Of a stretch of 64,000 nt of DNA, positions 29,282-38,652 are shown one piece after another. The stretch covers positions 37,498-101,497 of the forward strand of contig JADHLY010000001.1 of assembly GCA_016780385.1 (NCBI GenBank), given 5' to 3'. A program made the translations under genes and the position numbers. The notes under the pieces were generated by a model. It did not search any database. It was not told the DNA's origin and worked only from the letters and a program-made list of their open reading frames with translations. The number at the start of each line of letters is the position of its first letter. The first letter of the stretch is position 1. The DNA comes from Flavobacteriales bacterium. GTDB lineage: Bacteria > Bacteroidota > Bacteroidia > Flavobacteriales_D > Sanyastnellaceae.

Positions 29282-32232
29282 TCCGAGCCTCCCTCAAAAC
29301 ACAAGGCCTGCTGGTCCTGCTCACCTTCGCCCTCACCGCTTCGGGACAACGCGGCCGAAAAGGAGAAATGCTGGCACCGACACCCGCAGCGGCCCGCCTG
29401 AATGTCAGCACTGCCCACGAATTCCTCGACGACGCAAGCTGGACGGCGGGGCTCGAGCTGCGCAACGTCGGCCCCACCGTGATGAGCGGACGGGTGGTCG
29501 ACCTCTCTGTCAACCCTTCAGAACCGGCCGAATTCGTGGTCGCCTATGCTACCGGTGGTCTGTGGCACACCCGCGACCACGGGACCTCGTTCACCCCCTT
29601 GTTTGACCACGAAGCGGTCATCTTCATCGGTGCCATCGCTGTAGACTGGAGCGCGCGCACCCTGTGGGTCGGCACCGGAGAAGTCAACGCTTCCCGTTCC
29701 AGCTATGCCGGCGTTGGTGTCTACCGCAGCAGCGATTGGGGGCAATCGTGGCAACACATGGGCCTCGAGGAGAGCCACCACATCGGGCGCATGGCCCTCA
29801 CCTCAAATGGCGACCTCTACGTGGCTTCCATGGGAGCACTGTACCAGGAGGCAACACCGGGCCAGCGCGGCGTGTATCGCTGGACCAAGGACAGTGGTCA
29901 ATGGGACCTCGTGCTCGATGGCACCCAAGCCAACCGGCCAGCTGCCGGGGCCATCGACCTGGTGGTCGACGCCGCCAATGAAAACCACCTGTACGCCGCC
30001 CTTTGGGACCGTACCCGCCGTGCTTGGGACTTCACTGAAGGAGGACCAGCCAGTGGTGTCTTCGAATCCATCGACGGGGGAGACTCCTGGGTGCGTCTCA
30101 CCACAGCGGCCAATGGGTTTCCCGCCGCCGAAGGGGTCGGCCGCATGGGCCTTGCTTACCACCCCGGTGAAGCCCGCCTTTACGTCATCGTGGACAACCA
30201 AAACGCCAAACCGGACGAAGAAACCGACGAGGCGGATGAATTGGAGGCCAAGGATTTCCGCACCATGGACGCCGCCGCCTTTGCCGCCTTGGACACCGCT
30301 GCACTCACCAATTTTCTCGAAGAAAATGGGTTTCCGGAAGATGCAGATGCCAGCAGCTTGTTTGGGCGCGTGGCCGATGGAGACCTCGATCCCGCAGCGC
30401 TGGCTGACTACCTCGGTGACGCCAATGCCGAGATGTTTGACCCGCCCATCATTGGCGCCGAAGTGTACCGATGGCATGCCCAGCCATTGAGGGCCGGAGA
30501 ACAGGCTCCCCGTGGCATCGACACCGCCGCCGCCGCATGGGTGCGCACCCACGAGGAAGCGCTCGACGAAGTCTGTTACAGCTACTGCTACTATTTCGGG
30601 CTCATCGAAGTGGACCCCAACGACGCCACGCACCTGGCCATCGGCGGTGTGCCCTTGTTGGAAAGCACAGATGGCGGCGCCACCTGGTCTTCCATCGCCC
30701 AGGACAATGTCCACGTGGACCATCACCACATTTGGTTCGACCCCGCCGATTCACAACACATGATCAACGGCAACGATGGCGGCATCAACGTCACTTTTGA
30801 CGGCGGCGAGCATTGGACGTCCTGCAATTCACCCGCTGTTGGGCAGTTCTACGCCATCGCCGTAGACGACGCCAAGCCCTACCGCATCTATGGCGGCCTG
30901 CAGGACAACGGCACGTGGCGCGGCCCAAGCAGCTATGAAGAGAGCCCCCGTTGGCACCAAACCGGCAACTACCCCTACGACCGGCTCAACGGTGGAGACG
31001 GCATGCGCATCGAGGTGGACACCCGCGACAACGAAACGGTGTACACCGGCTATCAATTCGGATGGTACAGCCGCTCCAACCGCAAAACAGGGGACCGGGC
31101 GGGTTTGCATCCCGAGCACACCCTGGGTGAAACCCCTCTGCGCTGGAATTGGCAGACGCCCATTCACCTCTCCCGCCACCAGCAGGACATCCTGTACATG
31201 GGGTCCAACCGCTTCCACCGGTCTTTCGACCAAGGTGACGCCTTCGAAACCTTGTCCGGTGACCTCACCCGGGGCACCAGAAAGGGCAATGTCCCCTTTG
31301 GTTCTCTCACCGCCATTCACGAGAGCCCACTGCGGTTTGGACGGCTGGCCGTAGGGTCGGACGACGGGCTGATTCACCTCAGTCCCGACGGAGGATACAC
31401 CTGGGAAAACCGCACCCCACCAGCGCCACAAGCAGCGCCAGAACGTACACTCTGGGTCACAGAAGTGCTCTGGTCACATCACGCACCGGACCGCGTTTTT
31501 GCTGCACTCAATGGATACCGACACGACCACTTTGCCCCCTATTTGTACGCTTCCAATGACAACGGACGGTCGTGGTCCCGACTGGGAGACGACGGCACCG
31601 TGCGCCTCGGTTTGCCCATGGAGCCCATCAACGCATTGGCCGAATCCGAGGATGTGGAAGGACTGTTGTTTTGCGGCACCGATGGCGGACTCTACACCTC
31701 CATCGACGGTGGCTTCACCTGGTCCACTGCACACCCCGACTTACCCCGCGTTCCTGTCCACGACCTCGTCATTCAGGAACGAGAAAATGAACTGGTGATT
31801 GGCACCCATGGCCGCAGCATATGGGTCCTCGACATTGCCCCGCTCATCGATGGCTTAACTGCCGCAGCTGACGCCATGCCGGAAAGCCTGCCCCTCACCA
31901 TGGAGACACCGGAAAACCTGACCTGGCGCGAAGGCTGGGGCGAACGCGGCTACGGCTGGGGCGAACCTTGGACGCCCGAAGTCAAGGCAGCGGTGTTCCT
32001 GCCCAGCGCCGGTGACCACGTCCTGCAGGTCCTCGACAGTGCCCAAAAAGTGGTCAGTCAAACGTCCTATTCCGGACTTGAGCGCGGATGGCAACACTTG
32101 ACCTTTACCCCTCAAAAAGTCAACGAAACGGAATTCCTTGGGCCAGGGGCGTACACCTTGACCTTGCAATCCACAGATGACAATGCGGCCCGCTCTGAAA
32201 CCAGCTGGTCAATCGAAGAGGAAGAGGACTGA
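29278..32232 (+). CDS. Secreted BNR/Asp-box repeat (sortilin/VPS10-like beta-propeller) protein, 984 aa
   Basis: The ATG at 29278 gives [24 protein letters not shown] (signal peptide). At least 7 Asp-boxes: SSDWGQSW, SIDGGDSW, STDGGATW, TFDGGEHW, SPDGGYTW, SNDNGRSW, SIDGGFTW. The upstream 127 codons of the track ORF overlap dtd/mazG in another frame. Confidence 0.8.
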   Translation: MIRASLKTQGLLVLLTFALTASGQRGRKGEMLAPTPAAARLNVSTAHEFLDDASWTAGLELRNVGPTVMSGRVVDLSVNPSEPAEFVVAYATGGLWHTRDHGTSFTPLFDHEAVIFIGAIAVDWSARTLWVGTGEVNASRSSYAGVGVYRSSDWGQSWQHMGLEESHHIGRMALTSNGDLYVASMGALYQEATPGQRGVYRWTKDSGQWDLVLDGTQANRPAAGAIDLVVDAANENHLYAALWDRTRRAWDFTEGGPASGVFESIDGGDSWVRLTTAANGFPAAEGVGRMGLAYHPGEARLYVIVDNQNAKPDEETDEADELEAKDFRTMDAAAFAALDTAALTNFLEENGFPEDADASSLFGRVADGDLDPAALADYLGDANAEMFDPPIIGAEVYRWHAQPLRAGEQAPRGIDTAAAAWVRTHEEALDEVCYSYCYYFGLIEVDPNDATHLAIGGVPLLESTDGGATWSSIAQDNVHVDHHHIWFDPADSQHMINGNDGGINVTFDGGEHWTSCNSPAVGQFYAIAVDDAKPYRIYGGLQDNGTWRGPSSYEESPRWHQTGNYPYDRLNGGDGMRIEVDTRDNETVYTGYQFGWYSRSNRKTGDRAGLHPEHTLGETPLRWNWQTPIHLSRHQQDILYMGSNRFHRSFDQGDAFETLSGDLTRGTRKGNVPFGSLTAIHESPLRFGRLAVGSDDGLIHLSPDGGYTWENRTPPAPQAAPERTLWVTEVLWSHHAPDRVFAALNGYRHDHFAPYLYASNDNGRSWSRLGDDGTVRLGLPMEPINALAESEDVEGLLFCGTDGGLYTSIDGGFTWSTAHPDLPRVPVHDLVIQERENELVIGTHGRSIWVLDIAPLIDGLTAAADAMPESLPLTMETPENLTWREGWGERGYGWGEPWTPEVKAAVFLPSAGDHVLQVLDSAQKVVSQTSYSGLERGWQHLTFTPQKVNETEFLGPGAYTLTLQSTDDNAARSETSWSIEEEED

Positions 32233-32253
32233 ACAGGCGCGGTACAGCGCCAT

Positions 32254-33087
32254 TCAAGCCTGTGGAGTCCGGAACAATGTCTCCGGAAGCACGCACACCG
32301 GGATGGGATCCATCTTGTGCCGGTTGGCGTTGTGGTGTCCCTGATAGATCTGGAGCACTTGGGCCTCCCGTGAATCCGGACTGAAGTCTGTCGCGGATCT
32401 CCCCAATGCGGCCTGCTCCATGGCCCATTCAAGCTCATCATAGGTAGCGCCCAATTGATCCTCGTCGGTCCTGTCGTCACCCCACAAGCCGTCGGTGGGT
32501 GCGGCATTGAGAATGGCCTCTCCCACGCCGAGGGCGCGACCCACGGCGTACACCTCGTTCTTGAGCAAGTCGGCAATCGGGCTTAAATCAACCCCGCCAT
32601 CTCCGTATTTGGTGTAGAAGCCGACGCCGAAGTCCTCCACTTTGTTCCCAGTGCCGGCCACAAGGGCACGGCGCTCCGCCGCCACCGCGTAGAGCGTGGT
32701 CATCCGAAGGCGGGCCCGGGCATTGGCCAAGGAGAGGCCGCCAAACGGCGCGCCCGAGGCCCCCTCAAGCGCATCGGACAGGCCATCGAAGGACGGCGTC
32801 AAGTCCACGACCAACGAGGACACGTTGTCATATTCAGACGTCAGCCAAGCGATGTGGTCGGCCCCGCGCTGGTCCTGATCGGCAGCCTGGTCAATGGGCA
32901 TGCGCAACAAGATCGTCGGGCGTCCTGTCCGCGCCGCCAAAGTCGAGGTCACAGCAGAATCGATGCCCCCGCTGACCCCCACAACCCAGCCGTCGAGGCC
33001 AGAGGATTCCAAGTATTGATGCATCCAACCTCCGATGTGACGGGCGGCCGCATCGGCGTCGATCTGGCGAGAGGAGTGCAACTTCAT
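32254..33087 (-). CDS. nadE: NH3-dependent NAD+ synthetase
   Basis: PP-loop VVGVSGGIDSAV at the expected position. The ATG at 33087 gives MKLHSSRQIDADAAARHIGGWM. C-terminal ...YQGHHNANRHKMDP. Confidence 0.9.
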   Translation of the reverse strand: MKLHSSRQIDADAAARHIGGWMHQYLESSGLDGWVVGVSGGIDSAVTSTLAARTGRPTILLRMPIDQAADQDQRGADHIAWLTSEYDNVSSLVVDLTPSFDGLSDALEGASGAPFGGLSLANARARLRMTTLYAVAAERRALVAGTGNKVEDFGVGFYTKYGDGGVDLSPIADLLKNEVYAVGRALGVGEAILNAAPTDGLWGDDRTDEDQLGATYDELEWAMEQAALGRSATDFSPDSREAQVLQIYQGHHNANRHKMDPIPVCVLPETLFRTPQA

Positions 33088-33088
33088 A

Positions 33089-33964
33089 TCAGAACAACAA
33101 TCCAACGCTAAAAAGGATGGCGTTGTCCACCATTTTCATGTCATACCCGGTTAAACCCGCCGGGTCCAAGGAGCCATCATTCGCCGTCTCGAGGTGTTCC
33201 TCTGGCTGTGCAGGCCCGAAGTTGCGGTTGCTCGCGACATTGAATAGGCCGTTGTTGAAGGTCGCCCCAAGCAGCAAGGCCGTCTTACCACTGAGGTTGT
33301 ATTCGAGACCGAGGCCGACAATCATGGCGGCCCGCAGCAGAGCCGCCTCATCTTCTACGGGGATGTCCTCCACATTGACCACTCCGATGTTCGTCTCCTC
33401 CAACCACTCATCCTCCATCGTAGCCGTCGACAATTCGCGATAGAGGTAGTCCATCCGGTCCTTTGCCGTGCTTCTCAAGTTGAGGCCCAAACCGAGGCCA
33501 AACTGGCCCCAATAGGTGATGTGCCCGATTTGACGGGTCCTGAATTTGAAGCTGACGGGCAGCTCCACCCAATGCTGGGTCAAGGTGCGTTCCCGGCGGA
33601 CCAAAAACTGGGTACTGTCGTCTGCGGCATCCATCGGATCGCCTGTCACGCGATCGAAATAGGAAAGCTTCCCGCCATTCCGAAACACATTGATTCCTGT
33701 GCCCACCGCATAGTTATCTGCAAACATCACGTCAGCAGTAAACCCGAAACCAAAACGGACCACCCCCCCTTCGGGCGTTCCCTGACCGTCGCGCACATCC
33801 AACCAGGCCATCGAGGGCAAGAGGTGCAGGCCCATCCTGAATTTGGGCGACGGATAGCGGCCGCCGTCATTGGAGGTGTCAGTGCCTTGCGCCTGCGCTG
33901 ACAGGGCCAGTACCCCGCACACCAGCGACAAGGCAGCGGAACGAAAAAGTGTGGTGGAATCCAT
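33089..33964 (-). CDS. Outer-membrane beta-barrel (porin-family/PorT-like) protein
   Basis: The ATG at 33964 gives MDSTTLFRSAALSLVCGVLALSAQAQ (signal). Alternating amphipathic strands and a terminal ...ILFSVGLLF aromatic end. Confidence 0.7.
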   Translation of the reverse strand: MDSTTLFRSAALSLVCGVLALSAQAQGTDTSNDGGRYPSPKFRMGLHLLPSMAWLDVRDGQGTPEGGVVRFGFGFTADVMFADNYAVGTGINVFRNGGKLSYFDRVTGDPMDAADDSTQFLVRRERTLTQHWVELPVSFKFRTRQIGHITYWGQFGLGLGLNLRSTAKDRMDYLYRELSTATMEDEWLEETNIGVVNVEDIPVEDEAALLRAAMIVGLGLEYNLSGKTALLLGATFNNGLFNVASNRNFGPAQPEEHLETANDGSLDPAGLTGYDMKMVDNAILFSVGLLF

Positions 33965-34048
33965 GTCTTCGAAAATCAAACGAGCCTCAGGGGGCAAATT
34001 GCGTACCAAAGCCGAAATACCGGCCCTCTTCCGGCGCACTTTTGCAAC

Positions 34049-35125
34049 ATGCGTGTTCAGAGAGACGCCCTTTTCCTGCCCCTCACCGGCCTAGTAGCCT
34101 TGGGGTTCATGGCATTGCTGCTCACCAGCTGTCAGGATAAAAACCCCTATTCCCCCTTCGATAAAGACCCCGGGGTCACCACCGCCATCACCACCAAAAG
34201 CTGGGAGGCCGTGCAGCAGCCCTCCCAGCTCCCCAATCCGCAAGACCCCTCCACGTGGAGCGGATGGGAAGCCCCACTCCTCTCGGGCATCCTGCAATTG
34301 GGCCCCTGGCCACCCCGCAACCCTTCGGAAGAAGCGATGCTTGACACGGCCTGGCAATCCTTCACGGCCTTTGACGGCACCCGCATTGGCATCGCCGGCA
34401 TCGACAGCGTGCTGCACCGCACGGGCAAGATCAAAGCCGCCCGCTCAGCGCTCTCCGATGCTTTTGGCCGTTTCGAGCAACATTTCCCGGAAAGTGCGGC
34501 ACCCGACATCGACTTCAGCTACACCGGGTTCAATTACAGCGTGTACCCCACAGCGTCACTCCTGTTGATCGGCTGCGAATTCTTCATCGGTGCGGATCAC
34601 CCCTCCGTGACCCAGCTGCCACCCCACATTTATCCGCGGTACATGCAGGAGCGCATGGTGCCTGAACACCTCATCGGTGATGCCCTGCGGGGATGGTTGT
34701 TGGTCCATTTTCAAGAGGAACACTACCCCAAACAAGGACAACTGGCGGACGAATTGCTCTATTGGGGCAAGGTCTTGTTCCTCTCGCGTTGCCTCGCTCC
34801 TGATGTGCAGCCTTGGGACTTGCTCGACTGGACCGAAGAAGAATGGAACTGGGCAAGACAGCACGAAATGCAAGTGTGGATCGAGCTGCGCCAAGAAGAA
34901 TTCCTCTACACCTCCAAGCGCATGGACATCCAACGTTGGGTCGCCGACGCCCCCTTTACCAAGGCCGGTGCCGTTCCTCAGGACAGCCCGGACCGGCTCG
35001 GTTGGTACTTGGGAATGCGGTGGGTGGAGGACTTCATGGCGCGCCATCCCGAAATGACTTTGGAACAGCTCATGGATCAATCCAACGTCTTGCCCTTTTT
35101 GCAATCGTATCGGCCCAAGGGCTGA
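34049..35125 (+). CDS. gldB: Gliding-motility lipoprotein GldB
   Basis: Lipoprotein signal ...GFMALLLTSCQD. Size, the DUF2268-like central region (GCEFFIGADH...IYPRYMQERM) and the position immediately upstream of an unmistakable gldC support the call. Confidence 0.7.
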   Translation: MRVQRDALFLPLTGLVALGFMALLLTSCQDKNPYSPFDKDPGVTTAITTKSWEAVQQPSQLPNPQDPSTWSGWEAPLLSGILQLGPWPPRNPSEEAMLDTAWQSFTAFDGTRIGIAGIDSVLHRTGKIKAARSALSDAFGRFEQHFPESAAPDIDFSYTGFNYSVYPTASLLLIGCEFFIGADHPSVTQLPPHIYPRYMQERMVPEHLIGDALRGWLLVHFQEEHYPKQGQLADELLYWGKVLFLSRCLAPDVQPWDLLDWTEEEWNWARQHEMQVWIELRQEEFLYTSKRMDIQRWVADAPFTKAGAVPQDSPDRLGWYLGMRWVEDFMARHPEMTLEQLMDQSNVLPFLQSYRPKG

Positions 35126-35131
35126 GCGTCA

Positions 35132-35491
35132 ATGCCGAACTTGCACCCCATGGCTGACCCGCGCACCTCCGACATCCACCTGACCGTCACCACCGACGAA
35201 AACAAAGTCCCGACCGCCATCCGCTGGTCCGCATCCGACGCCGGCATCGCCAACGCGGAAGCCAAGGCCTTTGCGCTCAGCGTATGGAATGGCCGCGAAG
35301 CGCTCAGCATCGACCTGTGGGACAAGGACATGACCGTCGACGAAATGAAGGTGTTTGTGTGCCAATCCATGATGACACTGGCCGATGCCCTCGAGCGCTC
35401 CACACAGGACGAACGGGCCGCCGGAGCCATCCGGGGCTTCACCTCCGAACTCGCAGAGCGCATCGGCGTCGGCCCAGGACAAGAAGGCTGA
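35132..35491 (+). CDS. gldC: Gliding-motility protein GldC
   Basis: SDIHLTVTTDENKVPTAIRWSASDAGIANAEAKAFALSVWNGREALSIDLWDKDMTVDEMKVFVCQSMMTLAD aligns almost motif-for-motif with F. johnsoniae GldC as I recall it (..IxLxVxLDENxVPEKIxWSAxD...LSVWD...LRIDLWTKDMPVDEMK). Confidence 0.85.
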   Translation: MPNLHPMADPRTSDIHLTVTTDENKVPTAIRWSASDAGIANAEAKAFALSVWNGREALSIDLWDKDMTVDEMKVFVCQSMMTLADALERSTQDERAAGAIRGFTSELAERIGVGPGQEG

Positions 35492-35497
35492 TTCCGC

Positions 35498-36139
35498 TCA
35501 GTCGAGGGACGGCGGTTTCCTGTAAATCGGATTGGTCTGGGCGATGAAACCCAGGACATCTTGCCGGCCATCCCCCTTGGCGGCAGAGGTCACGAAATGG
35601 GGCGGCATGGCCGACCATTGCTTCAGCATGTGCTGTGTATAGCGCGGCAAGAAAGCCTCGCGCTCCGCAATCGTGAGCTTGTCCACTTTGGTGAAAATCA
35701 TGCTGAAGGAGAGGCCTGCTTTGGCCATCCACACCATGAAGTCCATGTCGATCTTCTGTGGCGGAACCCGTGAATCGAGCAGCATCATGATGCACATGAG
35801 GTTCTCCCGCTTGGTGAGGTATTCCCGAGAGGTTCGCTCCCAGGACGCCCTGTCCTTCTTGGACACCTTGGCATAGCCGATGCCCGGAAGGTCTACGAGG
35901 TACCATGGCTTGCCTGCCGTGGTCATCTCAAAATGGTTGATGAGCTGGGTCTTGCCTGGGGTAGAGCTCGTCTTGGCCAAGGCCTTGCGGCCCGTGAGCA
36001 TGTTGATCAGGGAACTCTTGCCCACATTGGAACGGCCGATGAAGGCGTATTCCGGCCGGTCAGCTTCAGGACATTCCTGGAGCTTGGCACTCGACTTCAC
36101 AAAAGCGGGATCGTCAACTGAGTATTCCTCGACGCTCAT
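35498..36139 (-). CDS. engB: Ribosome-biogenesis GTPase YihA/YsxC (EngB)
   Basis: G1 GRSNVGKSSLIN, G3 DLPGIGYA, G4 TKVDK. The ATG at 36139 overlaps the 3' end of the upstream hydrolase gene by 26 nt. Confidence 0.9.
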   Translation of the reverse strand: MSVEEYSVDDPAFVKSSAKLQECPEADRPEYAFIGRSNVGKSSLINMLTGRKALAKTSSTPGKTQLINHFEMTTAGKPWYLVDLPGIGYAKVSKKDRASWERTSREYLTKRENLMCIMMLLDSRVPPQKIDMDFMVWMAKAGLSFSMIFTKVDKLTIAEREAFLPRYTQHMLKQWSAMPPHFVTSAAKGDGRQDVLGFIAQTNPIYRKPPSLD

Positions 36140-36884
36140 ACCAATCGCTCAAGATGCTGTTGAATTCCTCGGGGTGCTCCATCATGGGAGCATGGCCACA
36201 CTGGTCGATCCAATGGAGGTCGGCATCCGGCAACAAGGCCTTGAATTCATCGGCCACTTCAGGGGGCGTGATGGTGTCGTTGCGTCCCCAGATAAGGCAG
36301 GAAGGCTGTTTCATCATAGGCAGATCGGCCGCCATGTTGTGCCGGATGGCGCTCTTGGCGATGGCCAAAATGCGCAGCACCCGGTTGCGGTCGTTCACAA
36401 TCGCAAAACACTCGTCCACCAACTCATCCGTCGCATGGTTGGGATCGAAGAAGGTCTCACCCACCTTGTTTCGGATAAACTCCTTGTCCTCACGGCGCGG
36501 AAACGAACTGCCGAAGGCGTTCTCGTAGAGTCCACTGCTCGCTGTCAAAGTGAGCGACGCCACACGGTCGGGATTGCGCTTCGTGTAAATCAGGCCCACA
36601 TGACCACCGAGTGAATTGCCAAGCAAGTGCACCTTCTGAAGTCCGAGGTGATCGAGAAAGCCTTCTACGTGCTTGCACAGGGTCTTGGCACTTGTCGTAG
36701 CCAGCGGCAAATCATAGAGCGGCAACATGGGAATGATGACCCGCATCTTCCCCGCAAAGTGGTTGAACAGGTGCTCGAAGTTGCTCAGGGCCCCAAAGAG
36801 TCCGTGCAGCAACACCAGCGGCTCGCCTTCTGTGGCGCTTTGGACGTATCGGTAACGTCCTTCGGTAATGAGATCCTGCTCCAT
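36114..36884 (-). CDS. Alpha/beta-fold hydrolase
   Basis: The ATG at 36884 gives MEQDLITEGRYRYV...PLVLLHGLFG (oxyanion HG), nucleophile elbow GNSLGGHV and a C-terminal CGHAPMMEHP (His). The track's extra 39 N-terminal codons run into the promoter repeats. Confidence 0.8.
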   Translation of the reverse strand: MEQDLITEGRYRYVQSATEGEPLVLLHGLFGALSNFEHLFNHFAGKMRVIIPMLPLYDLPLATTSAKTLCKHVEGFLDHLGLQKVHLLGNSLGGHVGLIYTKRNPDRVASLTLTASSGLYENAFGSSFPRREDKEFIRNKVGETFFDPNHATDELVDECFAIVNDRNRVLRILAIAKSAIRHNMAADLPMMKQPSCLIWGRNDTITPPEVADEFKALLPDADLHWIDQCGHAPMMEHPEEFNSILSDWYERRGILS

Positions 36885-36991
36885 GGGGTGGCCTATGCCT
36901 AACCCTACAAAGGAAGCACCCCTTTGGTTCCCTAAAGCCGCATTGATTCGGTCACAATGAAAGCATCCGTGTGGACAAGCTGACGCCTTCT

Positions 36992-37024
36992 CCATCAACA
37001 CGCCATCAACACGCCATCAACACC
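36992..37024. repeat. Tandem direct repeat, 3 x 11 bp (CCATCAACACG/CCATCAACACG/CCATCAACACC)
   Basis: Read directly at 36992-37002, 37003-37013 and 37014-37024, in the divergent hydrolase/mraZ intergenic region. Confidence 0.9.
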
Positions 37025-37155
37025 CCACGATTTCCCACTTGACAAAAACCGGTCAGAAACACACCCTAAAGAACTGATGAACAGTGTTTTACGATGATTG
37101 TTGAAAAAGTTGCCCATCCACACACGTCAGCAAATTTTCCACATTGTGTCAGATT

Positions 37156-37180
37156 GTGGGAGTCAGTGGGGAATCGTGGG
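37156..37180 (+). promoter_or_regulatory. Putative MraZ operator: three GTGGG direct repeats with 10-bp periodicity
   Basis: GTGGGagtcaGTGGGgaatcGTGGG at 37156-60, 37166-70 and 37176-80, 43 bp upstream of the mraZ ATG. This is the same geometry (TGGGN x3, 5-nt spacers) as the E. coli MraZ binding site. Confidence 0.7.
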
Positions 37181-37222
37181 ATAAACCGGCTACTTTTGGA
37201 TGGGCAAGCCGCCCATAGAACC

Positions 37223-37726
37223 ATGCTCAACCTCCTCGGGGAATACCACTGTCGGATCGACGCCAAAGGGCGCGTCAGCTTCCCGGCCAAACTGCGCAAG
37301 CAGCTGGACCGTGTGCTGCACGACGGCTTGGTGGTCAACCGCGACATCTTCGAGGGTTGCTTGGTCATCTACCCCAAGCCCGAATGGGACAAGGTCAATG
37401 CCGAGATGGGGCAACTCAGCCGTTACGACCGGCAGCACCAGCTTTTCCAGCGGAAATTCATGAAAGGCGCCACCCTCGTGGAGCTCGACGGCTCAGGACG
37501 CATGCTCCTCCCCAGCGCACTGCTCGGTCACGCCGGGTTGGAAGCCGGCAAGGCAGGCGATTGTGTGGTCACCGGATTGGGCGAGAAAATCGAAGTCTGG
37601 GCCAAGGACAGGTTTGAACAGCAAGTGCTCGGAGACGAAGAGGACTTCGACTTCGGCGCCTTGGCAGAACGCGTACGTCAGGACATCGAGCCTGGGACCA
37701 AACCCAACGACTCCAGCCGCAACTGA
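37223..37726 (+). CDS. mraZ: Division/cell-wall cluster transcriptional regulator MraZ
   Basis: The ATG at 37223 gives MLNLLGEYHCRIDAKGRVSFPAKLRKQL, with a second SpoVT-AbrB repeat LDGSGRMLLPSAL. The track ORF's 43 upstream codons cover the operator and are not coding. Confidence 0.9.
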   Translation: MLNLLGEYHCRIDAKGRVSFPAKLRKQLDRVLHDGLVVNRDIFEGCLVIYPKPEWDKVNAEMGQLSRYDRQHQLFQRKFMKGATLVELDGSGRMLLPSALLGHAGLEAGKAGDCVVTGLGEKIEVWAKDRFEQQVLGDEEDFDFGALAERVRQDIEPGTKPNDSSRN

Positions 37727-38652
37727 TGTCCATGAGCTACCACGTCCCCGTGCTGTTTGACGCCGCCCTTGACGGGCTCGACTTGCAGCCCGCCGGTACG
37801 TACGTGGACTGCACTTTCGGTGGCGGTGGTCACAGCCGTGGCATCCTGGACAGACTCGGCCCTGACGGCAGGCTGTTCGGATTTGATTGCGACCCCGACG
37901 CGGTGCCCAATGTGCCTGAAGACGACCGGTTCACCCTCATCCAAGAGAATTTCAGGTTTGCCACCAACTTCCTCCGCATTCAAGGCGTGCAGCAGGTGGA
38001 CGGCATCCTCGCGGACCTCGGTGTCAGTTCCCACCAATTCGATGCCGCTGAACGCGGATTCAGCATCCGAGGAGACGGGGCGCTGGACATGCGCATGGAT
38101 CCCCGCCTTCCAGAGGGGGCCGACGGCCTCATTCAAAGGATGAGCGAGCAGGAGCTCACCACCCTCTTCCGACAATACGGCGAAGTCAACCAGGCCCACC
38201 GCGCAGCGCGGGCCCTCCGCAAGGCCATCGAACAAGACGGCGCTGAGGGCATCGGCTCGACGGGCCGCCTTCAAAAAGTCTTGTCGCCCCTGGCGCCCCC
38301 CAACAAAAGAAACCAGTACCTCGCCCAGGCTTTTCAGGCGCTGCGCATTGCCGTGAACGACGAGCTCGGCGCACTGTCCGACCTGCTCAAAGCCAGCTTG
38401 CGGCTGCTCAAGCCCGGCGGGCGATTGGTGGTCATCAGCTACCACAGCCTGGAGGACCGCATGGTCAAGCGCTTCATGCGCGCCGGCAACCTCGAAGGTG
38501 ACATCGCCAAGGACTTCCACGGTCGGTCCCTCGCCCCGTTTGACAAGGTCACTGGAAAGGCGCTTGTGGCCGACGCCGAAGAAATGGAAAGGAACCCCCG
38601 GTCCCGCAGTGCGCGCATGCGCGTGGCGGCCCGCAATACCCAAGCCGCATGA
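37726..38652 (+). CDS. rsmH: 16S rRNA (cytosine1402-N4)-methyltransferase
   Basis: YHVPVLFDAALDGL...YVDCTFGGGGHS...DLGVSSHQFD...ISYHSLEDRMVKRF. Confidence 0.93.
   Translation: MSMSYHVPVLFDAALDGLDLQPAGTYVDCTFGGGGHSRGILDRLGPDGRLFGFDCDPDAVPNVPEDDRFTLIQENFRFATNFLRIQGVQQVDGILADLGVSSHQFDAAERGFSIRGDGALDMRMDPRLPEGADGLIQRMSEQELTTLFRQYGEVNQAHRAARALRKAIEQDGAEGIGSTGRLQKVLSPLAPPNKRNQYLAQAFQALRIAVNDELGALSDLLKASLRLLKPGGRLVVISYHSLEDRMVKRFMRAGNLEGDIAKDFHGRSLAPFDKVTGKALVADAEEMERNPRSRSARMRVAARNTQAA

Noticed and set aside
32232-32254. Short GGCGC-ggtaca-GCGCC hairpin between the convergent BNR-protein and nadE genes, as a possible bidirectional terminator
   Set aside because: The stem is only 5 bp and there is no flanking T/A run, which is too weak to call.
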